Assembly: GCA_965262915.1 (NCBI GenBank) | Contig: OZ253564.1 | Span: 4,768,001-4,832,000, forward strand | Direction of reading: 5' to 3' | Source of the DNA: Candidatus Spongiisociaceae bacterium | GTDB lineage: Bacteria > Actinomycetota > Acidimicrobiia > Spongiisociales > Spongiisociaceae | DNA length: 64,000 nt | Shown here: one piece after another, positions 30,223-39,480 of the stretch | Numbering within the stretch: the first letter of the stretch is position 1 | How the letters are laid out: each line of letters begins with the position of its first letter | Made by a program: the position numbers and the translations under genes | Notes under the pieces: model-generated | Databases searched by the model: none | Told to the model about the DNA's origin: nothing | What the model saw: only the letters and a program-made list of their open reading frames with translations

Positions 30223-31107
30223 ATGGATCTCCTAGCTGTCATCTCCTACCCGCCCATCCCGATCTTCGACGTGGGGCCGCTGCGTCTCTCCCTCCACGGC
30301 CTGTTCGCGGGAGTCGGCTTCGTAGCGGGCGCGTACTACGCCACCCGGCTGTATCACGCCCGCGGCTTTAACACCACCCGGTTCCAGTCGGCTCTGACCT
30401 GGGCCCTGGTCGGGGCACTCCTGGGCGCCCGCTGGCTGACGCTCCCCGCGTACTGGCTGGAAAACGGGTTCGACATCAGGGACATGATCAACATCGGGGG
30501 CAACTTCTCCATCCTGGGCGGCTTCGCGGGCGGTATCGGCCTGGGGATCTGGCGCGCCTATAGAGTGGGGCTGAGGGTCTGGCCCACCCTCGACGTGACC
30601 GCCTTCGGCCTGGCGGTGGGAACCGTGGTCGGCCGCATCGGCGATCTGGCGATCGTAGAGCACCTGGGAGGCCCCACCAGGTTCCTGCTCGGCTACGGGA
30701 TCCGCCCGGGATACGACGTGGCGCCCCAGCACAACCGCTTGGAGTGCGCGGTGGCCGAGGTGGGTGAATACTGTGGGGTGTACCACCACGCCGCCCTCTA
30801 CGACATGGTGGGCGCCATGGTGCTGTTCGGAGTCCTCTACTGGCTCTACCAACGCTCCCGCCTGAGCCTCCGCTACGGACAGCTATTCGGGGTCTGGGTG
30901 GCTTGGTACGGGTTCCAGCGCTTCCTCATCGACTTCACGCGGTTGGCGCTGGAAATCGACGGCGACCGCACCCTCGGCGCGCTCACGTGGAGTCAGTGGA
31001 GCGGGCTGGTGGCCGGGATCGCCGGGATCGCCGCGCTCCTCTGGCTGGGCAGACGGAATCCGGTAGTGACCGCCGAGAACGACCGGGCCTACGGCGCCGC
31101 GGTGTAG
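30223..31107 (+). CDS. lgt: prolipoprotein diacylglyceryl transferase
   Basis: LLGARW, GGFAGG, GRIGDL, HHAALYD, RFLIDFTR, SQW. Confidence 0.85.
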   Translation: MDLLAVISYPPIPIFDVGPLRLSLHGLFAGVGFVAGAYYATRLYHARGFNTTRFQSALTWALVGALLGARWLTLPAYWLENGFDIRDMINIGGNFSILGGFAGGIGLGIWRAYRVGLRVWPTLDVTAFGLAVGTVVGRIGDLAIVEHLGGPTRFLLGYGIRPGYDVAPQHNRLECAVAEVGEYCGVYHHAALYDMVGAMVLFGVLYWLYQRSRLSLRYGQLFGVWVAWYGFQRFLIDFTRLALEIDGDRTLGALTWSQWSGLVAGIAGIAALLWLGRRNPVVTAENDRAYGAAV

Positions 31108-31179
31108 TTCTGTCCCGTTGCGCGGATCGGGTACGACCACCTCCGCCGCCTAACCCTGATTATTCACGGGTCGGCCGGT

Positions 31180-31254
31180 TGCCAGGTGCCGGGTGCCAGG
31201 TGCCAGGTGCCAGGTGCCGGTGGTCAGTGGTCAGTGTTGGTAGTCAGTAGTCAA
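31180..31254. repeat. heptamer tandem repeat (TGCCAGG then TRGTCAG units, ~11 units)
   Basis: Direct reading of the sequence. Confidence 0.8.
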
Positions 31255-31255
31255 G

Positions 31256-31429
31256 CCTGGTTCCACCACCGGCCGGGTGAAATCAACAAGTGTGCTCAGT
31301 CGCCGCTCGCCCTACGGGTGAAACCCCTGTGCGGGACACCCGGGTTCGTCAACACTCACAAATCCCAGGTCAGAGGTCCCTGCCCCACCAGCTTCAAGGA
31401 CGTGACCCTCCAATCCTGAAGAATTGGGG
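31256..31429. mobile_element. possible internally deleted IS1380-like element
   Basis: Left end CCTGGTTCCACCA resembles the IS1380 TIR CCTGAATCCACCG in this window; right end is only weakly complementary. Confidence 0.3.
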
Positions 31430-31485
31430 CTAATCATCATCCACGTTCGGTGACCACACTTGTATGTACATAATTAGGAGGCGCG

Positions 31486-31770
31486 ATGGGTACGTCGATC
31501 ACGGAGCGGACCATCCCGGCGGGGGCGTTCAGAGACCGGTGCCTGAGGCTCATGGACGAAATCAACGAGACGGGCGAGTCGATAGTGGTGACCAAGCACG
31601 GTAGACCCGTGGTCATCATCTCGCCGGCCCCGCGCGAAGCGACAGGGCTGGTGGGCTTCATGACCGGGGTCACCCGCATCGTGGACGACTTGGACGAACC
31701 CGCCATCCCGGCCGAGGAGTGGGACATCGTCAGTAACCCGGACCGGATCGTAGACCCGAGCCGGCTTTGA
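31486..31770 (+). CDS. Phd/YefM family antitoxin
   Basis: IPAGAFRDRCLRLMDEI, IVVTKHGRPV; TATGTACATA palindrome at 31463-31472. Confidence 0.88.
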   Translation: MGTSITERTIPAGAFRDRCLRLMDEINETGESIVVTKHGRPVVIISPAPREATGLVGFMTGVTRIVDDLDEPAIPAEEWDIVSNPDRIVDPSRL

Positions 31771-32186
31771 TCCTGCTCGACACCAACGCGCTGTTGTGGG
31801 CCACAGCAAACAGTAGGAGGATGGGAACGAAGACCAAGCGCCGACTGGATGATGCCTTGGTCGACGGACAACTCGCCGTTCCCACGATCGTATTCCTCGA
31901 GGCCGCAATGCTTCACTGGGCCAACAGGGTGGATCTGGGCATGTCACCGGATATCTGGCACCGGCGGCACATCAATCTCGGGCTGCGCGAGATACCGCTG
32001 ACCGGTAAGATAGCGGTGGCCGCCGCGGCGCTGGAGCCCCGAAGCGGATTCCATGGAGACCCCGGCGATCAGATCGCTACTGCGACGGCCCTTACGCGGG
32101 GAGGGACCCTGGTCACATCAGGCTGAGCTATCCTGGCCTGGGCCGTAAAGAACCCCTCCCCAAAAACCATGGACGCAACACAATGA
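31767..32186 (+). pseudogene. VapC/PIN toxin with premature TGA at 32124
   Basis: ILLDTNALLW, HGDPGDQI; LVTSG-stop-AILAW where LVTxDxxI is expected. Confidence 0.75.
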
Positions 32187-32349
32187 GACAGTGTGTCTGG
32201 GCCCTCTTTCACCTCAACTAGTCAACGATAGGAAGGGTCGGTTGTCCGGATCGGGCGCGCAAATACCACCGTCCGGATAGTTTACGAACATCACCAGTGA
32301 ATCGGTGTCCGGGGATAGGACTCTCCAGCAAGGGTTGCCCGCAATGACT

Positions 32350-32530
32350 TGCTGCCGTCAAACCAGCGTGCCTGATATCGAGTTGGTTGGCGATGATGTC
32401 ACCCTGGTAATAGAAGGGGCTGGGGAGGTCGGACAGGACCCTGGGATCGAGACCAGGCGTCGACCCGGCAATCTGGAGGTGCCCCGCCAACGCGACACTC
32501 TGCTCCAGGTTGCTGCCGATCATCCAACGC
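32350..32530 (-). pseudogene. C-terminal fragment of an enolase-superfamily (muconate cycloisomerase-like) gene
   Basis: MIGSNLEQSVALAGHLQIA...SDLPSPFYYQGDII; approximate bounds. Confidence 0.4.
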
Positions 32531-32576
32531 AGGCCGTAGGAAGACGCGACAGACCCATGCCTTGGATGGAACAGCA

Positions 32577-32920
32577 CTACGACGGGATGTCGAGGATCAA
32601 CCCCACGGTATCCCGGATCCGGGCGAGAGCGACCGGCCCCACATTGCCCCTCACCTGACTGATCCGAACGGATGCGACGGCCCGGATGTGGTGACATTGG
32701 GCCACGGACGCTTCGTCCAGCCCGTTATGCCGATCAGGCTCGATCAAGATCTCGGATCTGACCCACGATTCCTGGTGGTCACGGGTACGACATAAACCAC
32801 ATTGGGAGATGCCGCGAATAGCGTCGGGGCGGTCACCAGCACAGCCGGGCTGAGGATCCCGGATTCTCTCTCGACGGGTAGTCCCAGATCGAGGTCCACG
32901 ACATCACCCGAGGTCAGCAT
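32577..32920 (-). pseudogene. PemK/MazF family toxin, frameshifted
   Basis: MLTSGDVVDLDLGLPVERESGILSPAVLV...VVPVTT, shift near 32760, then IEPDRHNGLDEASVAQCHHIRAV; span is 344 nt. Confidence 0.8.
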
Positions 32921-33110
32921 TGAGCCATGCCACCTCGTCGGGAGTAAGGGGCGCCGCCAATTCTTCGCCCATCCGATCCTGGCGAAACCGGCGCACGACC
33001 AACGCTACGGTCTCTCCCATTGTGGTTCCTAGTTCCGGGGCGATCCGGCGGAGTTCCTGATGGGTTGCCCTATCCGCACGAACGCTCGTGGACTGTATAC
33101 ATCTTAGCAT
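32904..33110 (-). CDS. putative antitoxin of the PemK pair
   Basis: STSVRADRATHQELRRIA...WLNADLG overlapping the toxin start. Confidence 0.65.
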   Translation of the reverse strand: MLRCIQSTSVRADRATHQELRRIAPELGTTMGETVALVVRRFRQDRMGEELAAPLTPDEVAWLNADLG

Positions 33111-33245
33111 ACATAAACATATGCAAACTTAGCGTGGCACGTCGTGACAAGCGGTGATCGACCGGAGTTGGTCGGGCTGGCCGGAACAGGCGATCCACGC
33201 TGGATCGGATTCGAGAGGACACCGGGTTCAGAATCACCCGGCGGG

Positions 33246-33274
33246 TTGTCCGTCACGCTCACGGCGGTTAGCCT
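33246..33274 (+). promoter_or_regulatory. sigma-70 promoter for a leaderless leader peptide
   Basis: TTGTCC-N17-TAGCCT, 7 nt before GTG at 33282. Confidence 0.6.
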
Positions 33275-33281
33275 TGCCATC

Positions 33282-33353
33282 GTGAAACAGACGTTGGTAT
33301 ATGCGTATCGCGGCTTTACCGGGCCCGGCGCCCGGGCCAGGCACTGCGTGTAG
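33282..33353 (+). CDS. putative attenuator leader peptide MKQTLVYAYRGFTGPGARARHCV
   Basis: Tyr-x-Tyr-x-x-Phe codons, upstream of a terminator and an aromatic-pathway gene. Confidence 0.6.
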   Translation: MKQTLVYAYRGFTGPGARARHCV

Positions 33354-33377
33354 CACCAGCAATCGTCGCAAGAAAAG

Positions 33378-33409
33378 GCCCGGAGCAGCCGCTCCGGGCG
33401 GTTTTCGTT
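33378..33409 (+). terminator. attenuator terminator
   Basis: GCCCGGAGC-AGCC-GCTCCGGGC followed by GGTTTTCGTT. Confidence 0.7.
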
Positions 33410-33437
33410 CACGGGGCGGCCCCACCAGAGGAGCATC

Positions 33438-34499
33438 ATGGAACGGAGAGCGATACGTAACGGATCAGGCGCCGACACGATCGTCGAGGTCGGATCTACC
33501 AGGTTCGGGCATGACCCCTTCCCGGCCATCGCCGGCCCCCGGGCGATCGAGTCGGAGGAGCAGATAATGCAGGTGGCCGAGGCGGTGGCCGAGGCGGGCG
33601 CCGCCGTGCTGCGAGGCGGGGTGTTCGAGTCGAGCGCCTCCCCCTACGCCTTTCCCGGGTTGGGCGAGCCGGGTCTCAAACTCCTCGAGAAGGCCGGCGA
33701 GGCGGTCGGGTTACCCACACTCACCAAAGCGCTGGAGCCCAAGGACGTCGAGATTGTCGCCGCTCACGTGGACATGATCTACGTGGATCCCGGTTCGATG
33801 CAGAACTTCGAGTTGCTGCGGGTGATCGGCCGATCAGGCAAGCCGGTCCTGCTCGAGAGGGGCGGGTCGGCCACTGTGGACGAGTGGCTCTGGGCGGCCG
33901 AGTACATCCTCGCCGAGGGGAACGATCAGGTGGTCCTCTGCGAGGCGGGGATACGAACCTTCGAGAAGTCGACCCGGGCGACGCTGGACTTGAGTGCCAT
34001 CCCGGTGCTGAAGGAGAAGAGCCATCTCCCGGTGATCGTGGCGCCGTCCGCGGCGGTGGGATCCCCGGCCCGTATCCAGCCATTGGCACTGGCCGCCCAG
34101 GGAGTCGGGGCGGACGGAATCATGATCGAGGTCCATCCGGATCCGAGCACGTCCCGCACCAGCGTCTCCAATCACATCACAATCGATGCCTTCTCCCGCC
34201 TCATGGACGCGCTGGGCGTCAACCGGATCCGAATGAACATCGATATGATCGATCGTGACCTGGTGCGGCTGCTGGCTAACCGGCATCATATGGCCATGCG
34301 GGTAGGCCGGATAAAGGCGGAACGGGGAATGCCGGTCCAGATACCCGAGCGCGAGGAGGAACTCCTTGCCATCATCCGGGAAGAGGCCGACCGGGCGGGG
34401 CTGGACCCCGACCAAGTGGAGCGGATCTTCATCCTGATCCTCAAGCAATCCCGCGACGCGCAACACCGGAAACGCGCCCGGACCTGGTCGCAAGGCTGA
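33438..34499 (+). CDS. type I-beta DAHP synthase-like domain (catalytic motifs degenerate) fused to C-terminal AroQ chorismate mutase
   Basis: Scaffold MQNFELL, AAEYILAEGN, GIRTFE, SHLPVIV, EVHPDP; CM motif RMNIDMIDRDLVRLLANR...GRIK...PERE...SRDAQ. Confidence 0.9.
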   Translation: MERRAIRNGSGADTIVEVGSTRFGHDPFPAIAGPRAIESEEQIMQVAEAVAEAGAAVLRGGVFESSASPYAFPGLGEPGLKLLEKAGEAVGLPTLTKALEPKDVEIVAAHVDMIYVDPGSMQNFELLRVIGRSGKPVLLERGGSATVDEWLWAAEYILAEGNDQVVLCEAGIRTFEKSTRATLDLSAIPVLKEKSHLPVIVAPSAAVGSPARIQPLALAAQGVGADGIMIEVHPDPSTSRTSVSNHITIDAFSRLMDALGVNRIRMNIDMIDRDLVRLLANRHHMAMRVGRIKAERGMPVQIPEREEELLAIIREEADRAGLDPDQVERIFILILKQSRDAQHRKRARTWSQG

Positions 34500-34568
34500 C
34501 AACGACCCCCGTTCTGGCCGAGACTCGGTTTCCGGACGAGGATTCGGCATGTCTAGCCGGGCGTTTAG

Positions 34569-36384
34569 CCTGAATCCACCGGTAGATATTCTGTGGTTGG
34601 GGGTGGATAGACGCGGAAAGTGCCTCTGATCTGGGACAATAGCCATACGAAACATGGTGATTGGCTCGGAGTCTGGAGGCGCTTCCTGTGAGTGGAGTAT
34701 TGCAGAATATCGACCGGTATGAGGCGGTTTTCGATGATGAGGGGCTGGTGGCCGACGCTGGGTTGTTGGCGGCCGGGACGTTGATGGACCGTTTGGGTTT
34801 GGAAGGTTTGGTGGATCGGACGGTGCGGTTGGGCGGCCGGGTGGGTGGCGCGCATCCGGGTCGTAAGGTATGCACGTTGGTAGCTGCGATGCTGGTGGGC
34901 GCCTCCCATATTGACCATGTGGATCGGCTCCGGGCCGGTTCCACCGACCGGGTGCTGCCCCATGCGGTGATGGCCCCGTCCACTGTGGGAACCTTCCTGC
35001 GTTCGTTCACCTGGGGTCATGTACGCCAGTTGGAGAAGGTGGTGACCGTAGCGCTGGGCCGTGCGTGGGGGGCGGGCGCCGGTCCCGGCAAGGGAGCGGT
35101 GACCCTCGATGTGGACTCGACGATCTGTGAGGTGTCTGCCAAGACCAAACAAGGGGCCGCCTATGGCTACACCAAAGAGTTGGGTTATCACCCGCTGTTG
35201 GCGTTCCGAGCCGATACGGGGGAAGTGGTCGGCGCCCGTCTGCGGGAAGGAGCATCGCAGAGGGGTGTGGTCCATTTCGTTGGGGAGACAGTGCGGCGTG
35301 TGCGACGGGCCGGGGCCAGGGGCCCGGTGAGCGTGCGGGCCGATTCGGGGTTCTGGTCCTATACCCTCTTGGCCGCCCTCGACCGCCTCGGGGTGGGCTG
35401 GTCGATCACCTGCCCGCTGAATGCCAAGATTAGGACACTGATCAGCAATATCGACAAAGACGCGTGGACCCCCATTGCCTATCCCGAAGGCGGGCTGGCA
35501 CAAGTGGGGGAAACAGTCCTGGAGATGACCAACCCCAAGAAACGGTCGCAGAAACGCCGGGTTCGCCTGGTAGTGCGCCGCACCCGCCTGCTCGGTTCCC
35601 AAGCCGAGCTGTGGCCCGACTGGCGATACCACGCGTTCGTCACCAACCTGGACCTGCCCGCGGCAGAAGCCGACCGGCGCCACCAACCCCGGGCCGGACA
35701 AGACGACACCGGCCACCAACCCCGCCGCGGAGAACAAGACACCGAACCGGCCGAACTGCCGGTGGTAGAGATCGGTGACAACCCTGGGGAAGCGCACAGC
35801 CCGCTGCCCGCGGTCGAAATCGACCGGTACCACCGCCGCCACGCCACATGCGAACTCGCCATCCGCGACCTCAAAGACTCCGGGGGTCTCGCCCACCTAC
35901 CCTCCGGCGTCTTCGCAGCTAACGCCGCCTGGCTGATCTGCGCCGCCCTAGCCCATAACCTCTACCGGCAGATAGCCCTCCTCGGGGGTACGCAGCCGCC
36001 CGGGCGGCTGGTCTGTGGACGTACCATCCGTACCCGACTGTTCGGACTCCCTGGACGCCTCGTCAACCACGGCGGACGCCGCCTCCTGCGTCTACCCGCC
36101 CGATGGCCCTGGGCCGGCGCCTACCTAACCACCCTCACTAACCTCCGGGCGCTGCCACAGCTCTGCTGACCCGGCCCGACGGACCCGCCGCAACCATAAC
36201 CAACCACCCAAACCCCGACCACACACGCCCGAAACCATCCCAACCAGCCCCCAACACTACCTAACCCACCAAACCACACCCACCACACCCCCGAAACCCC
36301 CCGAATCCAACCAGCCCCAACCCCTCAACCCCCCACCAACCGCACCCCGGACCACCCCCCGGGGAGGCCGTCGGTGGATTCAGG
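34569..36384 (+). mobile_element. complete IS1380-family insertion sequence
   Basis: 13-bp TIRs CCTGAATCCACCG / CGGTGGATTCAGG; TTTAG direct repeats at 34564-68 and 36385-89. Confidence 0.93.
34688..36169 (+). CDS. IS1380 family DDE transposase
   Basis: TLDVDST, GYHPLLAF, VRADSGF, HATCELAIRDLK, LPSGVFAANAAW. Confidence 0.93.
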   Translation: MSGVLQNIDRYEAVFDDEGLVADAGLLAAGTLMDRLGLEGLVDRTVRLGGRVGGAHPGRKVCTLVAAMLVGASHIDHVDRLRAGSTDRVLPHAVMAPSTVGTFLRSFTWGHVRQLEKVVTVALGRAWGAGAGPGKGAVTLDVDSTICEVSAKTKQGAAYGYTKELGYHPLLAFRADTGEVVGARLREGASQRGVVHFVGETVRRVRRAGARGPVSVRADSGFWSYTLLAALDRLGVGWSITCPLNAKIRTLISNIDKDAWTPIAYPEGGLAQVGETVLEMTNPKKRSQKRRVRLVVRRTRLLGSQAELWPDWRYHAFVTNLDLPAAEADRRHQPRAGQDDTGHQPRRGEQDTEPAELPVVEIGDNPGEAHSPLPAVEIDRYHRRHATCELAIRDLKDSGGLAHLPSGVFAANAAWLICAALAHNLYRQIALLGGTQPPGRLVCGRTIRTRLFGLPGRLVNHGGRRLLRLPARWPWAGAYLTTLTNLRALPQLC

Positions 36385-36556
36385 TTTAGGGCGCCGTTCT
36401 ATGGCGTTCGCCTAGATAGCACCACGAGAAGGCTGAACAGTGACGGTTGCAGTTGGACCATCGCTCGCTGACCTGGCTTTTCGTCATCGGCCGACGGGAC
36501 GCTGGTAGATCGCTCGGCACGGTCCTGGCTGACAACCCACTGATCCATTAGGTCGC

Positions 36557-36825
36557 GCCCTGGACCAATGGGCGTTTCTGTTCACTAACCAACAGCCCAG
36601 GCGCCCGAGGATTCTACGACCAACGACGAGCAGCCGACGACCTCCACCACCAAGCCCTACGAGCCCTACGAGCCCTACGAGCCCTACGAGCCCTAGCCAA
36701 CCGCCTCGTCAGCATCCTCCACGGCTGTCTCAAACACCAAACCCCCTACAACGAACACACCGCCTGGGCACACGGAACCATCCCCGACAAAGCCGCAGCT
36801 TGACAATTACGCTCCTGGGATGCTC
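36557..36825 (+). pseudogene. IS110 family transposase 3' remnant and right end
   Basis: ALDQWAF / SPGARGFYDQRRA..HHQALRAL..ANRLVSILHGCLKHQTPYNEHTAW; stop at 36801-03. Confidence 0.75.
36653..36695 (+). repeat. 9-bp tandem repeat (AGCCCTACG)x4 plus partial
   Basis: Direct reading; in-frame (RAL)n expansion in the IS110 remnant. Confidence 0.9.
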
Positions 36826-37791
36826 CTAGACCGTGGCGTTCTGGGAGACGACGGCGATGAACAGGACGAAGGACGCCAGCAGCACCAGGCCTTGGATTCT
36901 GCCCAGGCGCCGACGACCGGTGATCGCCATGATCCCCACGAGGAGCCCGATCACAATCATCACTACGTGCCCCCAAACCTGCTGTTCGCCTATCGCCCCG
37001 GCACCTATCACACCGGCCAGCCCCACCACCAGCAGCGAGTTGAACAGGTTGGAGCCCAGCAGGTTGCCGATGACCAGTTCGTTGGCCTTGCGACGTGCTG
37101 CCGCACCTGCTGTGACCAGTTCGGGAAGGCTGGTCCCGAGGGCGAAGATGGTGGCCCCGACGAACCCGCCGGCCAGACCGTAGTGATCAGCCACGTTACC
37201 GCCGCCCTCCACGAGCAACCAGGCACCGACCACGATGCCCACCAACGAAGCAAACGCCTTGGCGAGTTCCCGGGTCGCCCGGTACTCCATCGCATCGGCG
37301 TCGTCCTGCAGGGTAGCTCCGGCCAACCCGTCCCTGACATCCCGACGGGACCACAAGACCAGGAACACCGAGACGACCGCCATCGCCGCCACCAGTAACA
37401 GGCCCTCGGTTCTCTGGAGAACATCGTCCCAGGCGACCAGGACCACCGCGCCCATCGCCAGCAGGGTGATGAGCCCCTCCCGGCGGATTATGCGGACCTG
37501 GCCGACCACCGGAGAGATCATCGCACTGACCCCCAACACCAGCGACAGGTTGGCGGCGTTCGAACCGACCACGTTTCCTACCGACTCGGCCAGCTCCCCC
37601 CTGGCCGCCGCCAAGCCGCTGACAACCAACTCGGGGGCCGAGGTTCCGAAGCCGATGACCAGAGCCCCCACAAGAACCGGCGAGACACCCCAGATACTGG
37701 CCAGGCGGGCGGCCGCCTCCACGAACGGATCGGCCACCACCCACAACAGCGCGACTCCCACCACGATCAGGATGACTCCCAGCCACAGCAT
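36826..37791 (-). CDS. calcium/sodium antiporter (YrbG/CaCA)
   Basis: GTSAPELVVS...GNVVGSN and GTSLPELVT...GNLLGSN alpha repeats. Confidence 0.92.
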   Translation of the reverse strand: MLWLGVILIVVGVALLWVVADPFVEAAARLASIWGVSPVLVGALVIGFGTSAPELVVSGLAAARGELAESVGNVVGSNAANLSLVLGVSAMISPVVGQVRIIRREGLITLLAMGAVVLVAWDDVLQRTEGLLLVAAMAVVSVFLVLWSRRDVRDGLAGATLQDDADAMEYRATRELAKAFASLVGIVVGAWLLVEGGGNVADHYGLAGGFVGATIFALGTSLPELVTAGAAARRKANELVIGNLLGSNLFNSLLVVGLAGVIGAGAIGEQQVWGHVVMIVIGLLVGIMAITGRRRLGRIQGLVLLASFVLFIAVVSQNATV

Positions 37792-37859
37792 CTCGTCAGC
37801 CTAACGAACGGAACCAACTTGACGACCTGCCCATCTGCCGATGGCTTTCGTTGGGCTGG

Positions 37860-38229
37860 TCATGCCAACTGCAGACCGGAATTCCCAAACCGGCGGAAGT
37901 CCGCCACATTCGTGGTTGCGACCGGCGCGTCATCCGAGAGAGCCCCGGCGGCGATCATACAATCGCTCAACGATCCACGCCGGCGACCGTTTCATTGAAT
38001 AGGCGCGCGGCAACCTCTGCATGTCCTGCCGTGAGATCGCGGCACTGTCCAACTATCTGGGCTGCCATGTCTAGTTCGGATCTCGGGAGTGGGCCACAAA
38101 GGAACTCTGCCCAAGCGACCGCGCTCATAGTCAGGCTTAGCCCGATGCGATCCAATCACCTATCTTGCCCTCCTCAGGAGTACCGCCACGCAGTGCCAGA
38201 ATGACCAAGCTCGTGTCCAGATGGATCAT
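37860..38229 (-). pseudogene. VapC/PIN toxin, multiply frameshifted
   Basis: MIHLDTSLVI / MSAVAWAEFLCGP / SLSDCMIAAGAL..VATTNVADFRRF in different frames. Confidence 0.78.
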
Positions 38230-38518
38230 CGGGGCTCTGAGAGCGTCGCTGCTCAGCAGCCGCGCGCCGCTCCTCCCGAACGTCACGTGCCCACTGATCG
38301 AGGTTCACGTTGCGCTCGCGCACAGACGCCTGCAGCCGATCGAGCGCATCAAGAGCCGCGACATTGCCCGGATTGTCTCCCGCTACCGCGATACGGATTG
38401 CGCGCCTGAACACCTCGGATTTGGACACCTTCCAACGGCGTGCCAATTCATCCAGTGTTCTCACGGACCCGACATCCAGCGAGTAGGTAGATTTGATAGT
38501 CGTTACGGCCAGACTCAT
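38174..38518 (-). CDS. CopG/RHH antitoxin; C-terminus probably extended by a frameshift
   Basis: KSTYSLDVGSVRTLDELARRWKVSKSEVFRRAI. Confidence 0.75.
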   Translation of the reverse strand: MSLAVTTIKSTYSLDVGSVRTLDELARRWKVSKSEVFRRAIRIAVAGDNPGNVAALDALDRLQASVRERNVNLDQWARDVREERRAAAEQRRSQSPDDPSGHELGHSGTAWRYS

Positions 38519-38658
38519 TGTCTATCAAGGGTGGTTTCCACCTCATTGAGCAGACTATCGAGCAATTCGCCGGTGACCCATCGGCGATGACCAGTCGCAG
38601 TTCAGCGGGAAACAGACCGGTAGCGATCGGAATTGCTCCGCGCTCTCCGAGGAGCGGT

Positions 38659-39435
38659 TCAGGTGTTCTTCTCGTCCCGCCAGGCGATCCACTCGTCGAG
38701 TCCGGCCATGTCGTAGTCGGGACCGTTCACTCCGAGGGTGATCTGGGTGGCGCCGGCTCCGAGCAGGTCGTCGGCCTCGCCGATCTCGTCGAGGTTGGCG
38801 CCCACCGCCCGTTCGATCTCCGATGGGTCCCGGCCGGCGACCCGGCACCACTCGTCGAGGATCCTGGTCTTGCGGCGCACGGTCGCCGAATCGCCGAAGC
38901 CGTGCCAGATGTCGGCATAGCGGGCCGCGATCCGCAGCGTGTGCTTCTCGCCCTGGCCTCCGATCAGGATCGGTATGTCCCTCATGGGTGGGGGATTGAG
39001 CCGGCCCAGCCGCCGCCTGATGCGGTACATACCGGCTTCGAAATCCCGTAGGCGGCCCCCGAAGGTCCCGAACGGGTACTCGTACTCCGTGTAGTCCCGC
39101 TCGGTCCAACCGGCGCCCACGCCGAGGACGAGGCGGCCCTCGCTTATGTGGTCCACGGTGCGGGCCATATCGGCGAGGAGGTGGGGATTGCGGTAGGAGT
39201 AACAAGTGACCAGTGCCCCGAGCTCCACCCTCTCGGTCACCTCCGCCCATGAGGCCAGCATCGTCCAGCACTCGAAATGCCGGCCGTCCGGCGGTCCCGA
39301 GAGCGGGAAGAAGTGGTCCCAGTTGTAGACGATGTCCACGCCCATCTCCTCGGCATGCACCGCGGCAGCCCGAAGATCCCGGTACTCACCATGCTGCGGG
39401 TAGATATGGACGGCGATTCGTACCGGCCTCGTCAT
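38659..39435 (-). CDS. F420-dependent LLM oxidoreductase (MSMEG_2906/TIGR03856-like)
   Basis: NWDHFFPL, HFECWTMLASWAE, YRNPHLLADMARTVDHIS, IGGQGEK. Confidence 0.88.
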   Translation of the reverse strand: MTRPVRIAVHIYPQHGEYRDLRAAAVHAEEMGVDIVYNWDHFFPLSGPPDGRHFECWTMLASWAEVTERVELGALVTCYSYRNPHLLADMARTVDHISEGRLVLGVGAGWTERDYTEYEYPFGTFGGRLRDFEAGMYRIRRRLGRLNPPPMRDIPILIGGQGEKHTLRIAARYADIWHGFGDSATVRRKTRILDEWCRVAGRDPSEIERAVGANLDEIGEADDLLGAGATQITLGVNGPDYDMAGLDEWIAWRDEKNT

Positions 39436-39480
39436 GTGAACTCCCCTCCGGGTCCTCCCGATAGAAGGTAGCCGCATCGA

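Noticed and set aside
32124-32126. In-frame TGA in VapC as possible selenocysteine
   Set aside because: The position is not a Cys site in PIN domains and the adjacent catalytic Asp is also lost; it is best read as a nonsense lesion.
36190-36360. C/A-rich low-complexity tract
   Set aside because: It lies inside the IS1380 between the transposase stop and the right TIR, and is part of the element.
36653-36695. Tandem repeat as a CRISPR array or functional VNTR
   Set aside because: No spacers; it is a slippage expansion within a dead IS110 fragment.
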